A stretch of 64,000 bases of DNA from Catajapyx aquilonaris (Eukaryota). The stretch lies in NCBI GenBank assembly GCA_000934665.2, contig KZ537990.1:1-64000 (forward strand). Direction: 5' to 3'. The notes under the pieces are model-generated. The model was not told the origin of the DNA and did not search any database. It was given only the letters and a program-made list of their open reading frames with translations. Made by a program: the position numbers and the translations under genes. Shown piece after piece: positions 61,501 to 64,000 of this stretch (positions within the stretch are counted from its first letter, which is position 1; each line of letters begins with the position of its first letter).

Positions 61501-63630
61501 GCATAAAAATTTTATCGCCTGACAATCCCGTAATGGAATCAAAAAGCAATTTTTGCAGACTTTCAGACGCCTCGGAACTTTTCCATCTTGGGGTGGCAAA
61601 TTGTTGCAGATGCTGAAAGAAAGTAATGTTACTCTCTCTAGACTGTAGAGTGTGCCGAGATGGGATGGTTACATAGCGATTTTTGCAGGTTAAGGTCTCA
61701 ATCGTCACATTGTCAGAATTCTTTTCCATAGACTTTTTCCCCTCTGGCATCGTATATGTTCGTCGCTGTTTCAGCACTTCAAGAAGTCGATGGGGGGTGT
61801 TAGTTATTACTGATTTATTATGTCTATTTCAAATAATGTCATTATTAGCCTATTTATTATAGGAGAATTTATTCGAGAGTTTTTATTTTCTCGTCCAAAT
61901 GAAGTGTTATGAATTTTTCATTAATTTATGCCAGCACAGATAAATTTTATTTGCTGATAAACTGTTAGTCGTAATGTTAATGTCGGCTATTTATCTCTAA
62001 CTCAAGGTCGCATACCATAACGATTGTCGAAAATCAATTTCATGGTAACTGAACCACCTACATTGCTACAGGGCCTCTGTAACCAATACTTGCATTAAAC
62101 CGCATAATTACACTGGCATACAAACAAATAAGTATACGTTTTCATGCATTTTTCTGAATGTTACTCAATATGTTCTGCATAATAGCACATGACTCGAATA
62201 ATGATAAAATAATGATTTTTTTTCTCTTCGAATGAATTGATTCAGAACTTTTTCCTTGGACGTCCGTAAATTTTTCCTTGCTCGTAACAAATTTCGAATA
62301 GTCTCTCAATTTTTCTCATAGCCCCATTTCAGCTGTCAGGTAGAAACCAAGTGGGGTCGACTGAGATTGACTTGGGTGCTAGTATCCCCAGACATTTCCC
62401 GATGAATCAAGCCGATTCCGTAATAATAATACCGCCTCTCGGAAACATGTCACCCCAATTGAGACTTCATCCCAAGGTTGTTTTTTTTTTAAATCTAAAA
62501 AAGAGTGTGGCGAGAATTCGGACTCGCTGAGAGGACAACAGATTTGTCAATGCGGGTCCATTTGTTCCCAGGATTCTACAGGCCACGGTATTTTCATTAC
62601 GACGTGACCGGTTTTACCAATCGGATGCTTTACCCACTGGGTTTTTGTACCCGCCTTTTTCCCCCACAGGTTTTTTGAGAGCCTTTCCAAAGCACTTGCT
62701 CCTTTCTTCATTGCGATTCCATAGAGGTTTCAGTCCTGGGTCTTTTCTTCTAGGGATCGCTTTTGTCTCGTAGAGTAAACCTCTGAGCCAGGTTGCACTG
62801 ACCCGGAGCTTGTGACTACTATTTAATTATAGACTGCGATTCCTTGTCTGCCAATAGTCGCTCACAACTATTTACGTAAAAATGCACAAGAGTGTTGTTG
62901 GTGTGACTATTCACTTAAGGCATTTATTAAATTCAAATGCACATATTCAATCAAAATACATTTATGTGTCATGTGGTGTAAAAAAAAAAAATCTTTGATA
63001 TCTGCCACTACTTACACAGCCATTGAAGTCAAAACTGTTTATTACCATGCCTTTGAGACGCATGTTATCAGCTAAAGTGCTCCCAACAAAAATGTTTACC
63101 ATTCGGATGATCAAAGAGGTCATAAACACTCGGCCCCTTTCATACAACTCACCACATGGATAATACCAAGTGCGGAAACTTTATGCAGAAAAAAAAATTG
63201 GAATCCAACGCAGAGCCATTAAAATCTCGGAGAGAGAAAAAAACTGCTGCTTCTCAAAAGTTATATGGTAGTGGATTTTCACATTTTGTGAAAATCTACG
63301 TGGCCCTTTTTTTGGGCCAACATCTCGTATATTCGGACTCATAAAAACGCAATGATATCCAGAGTCCCTTCATCGCGGTTTGGGTTTTCATTCGAAACGA
63401 CAGCAGAAACCTTACAAGAATTATGGTAATGACATTTTCCCCCGGCCCACAGTTCTGCGGCTAGTTGCAGTCCTGGCGAATATAAACCCTCTTTTATATA
63501 CCACCCATTTTTAGCAATGTTGGGGGTTATAAAAATGGACTGCAAACCTACTGCACAGTCATCTTGTAGTGTATAAAAGTGCCAGATTGTATTTACAAAT
63601 GAATCGTATTTATTGCAGGATCAGAGTCGG

Positions 63631-63756
63631 ATGAAGGGAAGAGAACGTCTGCCAGTGGACAACGAGGCATATCCGTATCGAAAATCAAAAGAAGATGGTT
63701 GTTGCAGCGTCAACTTCCTCAAATACGTCCTCTTTATATTCAACTTTGTGTTCATG
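63631..63756 (+). CDS. Tetraspanin (CD151/TSPAN11-like), first coding exon; the rest lies beyond the window
   Basis: Acceptor TATTGCAG| at 63618. ATG at 63631 gives MKGRERLPVDNEAYPYRKSKEDGCCSVNFLKYVLFIFNFVFM, then |GTGAGT. The C-C-x-x-x-FLKY-x-LFIFN TM1 motif and the phase-0 intron inside TM1 are typical of tetraspanins. Confidence 0.92.
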
Positions 63757-64000
63757 GTGAGTATTATTCTACATTACGTACATGTCCAATATAATTATGT
63801 CCACAGCCTGTTTTACCTACTGATGGGACAACATTGCGCGGTATGTCATAATTTATTAATTAACCTCGTATGGTCGTTTCTATTTGCATTTTAATTAACA
63901 AGCACGTGCTGTACACTGCATAAATTGAACCCAGTAATAGTTGAAATATCCCAAACTTGAATTTAGCGTAATAGTAAAATAATCTGTGCACAACATAACG

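Overview
AT-rich, gene-poor eukaryotic (invertebrate metazoan, probably protostome) genomic window. Almost all of the six-frame ORFs look spurious. Supportable genes: (i) the 5' end of a Ty3/Gypsy LTR retrotransposon on the minus strand at the left edge (LTR, perfect tRNA-Trp PBS, Gag N-terminus); (ii) two tandemly duplicated small secreted 8-cysteine peptide genes at 54-55.6 kb with conserved promoters and a 3'-UTR intron; (iii) the first coding exon of a CD151/TSPAN11-like tetraspanin at the right edge, with a candidate TATA+Inr+DPE promoter and non-coding first exon at ~47.1 kb. The remaining ~50 kb is non-coding but structured. At least six 100-180 bp modules (A-F) recur in 2-4 diverged copies, all in the same orientation. 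Five of them recur collinearly at a 28-30 kb offset, consistent with an old tandem duplication in which only constrained islands stayed alignable. Also present: several palindromic MITEs (one nested), a V/Meta-type SINE, minisatellites and two pre-miRNA-like hairpins, one resembling bantam. All alignments were done by eye and no database searches were run.
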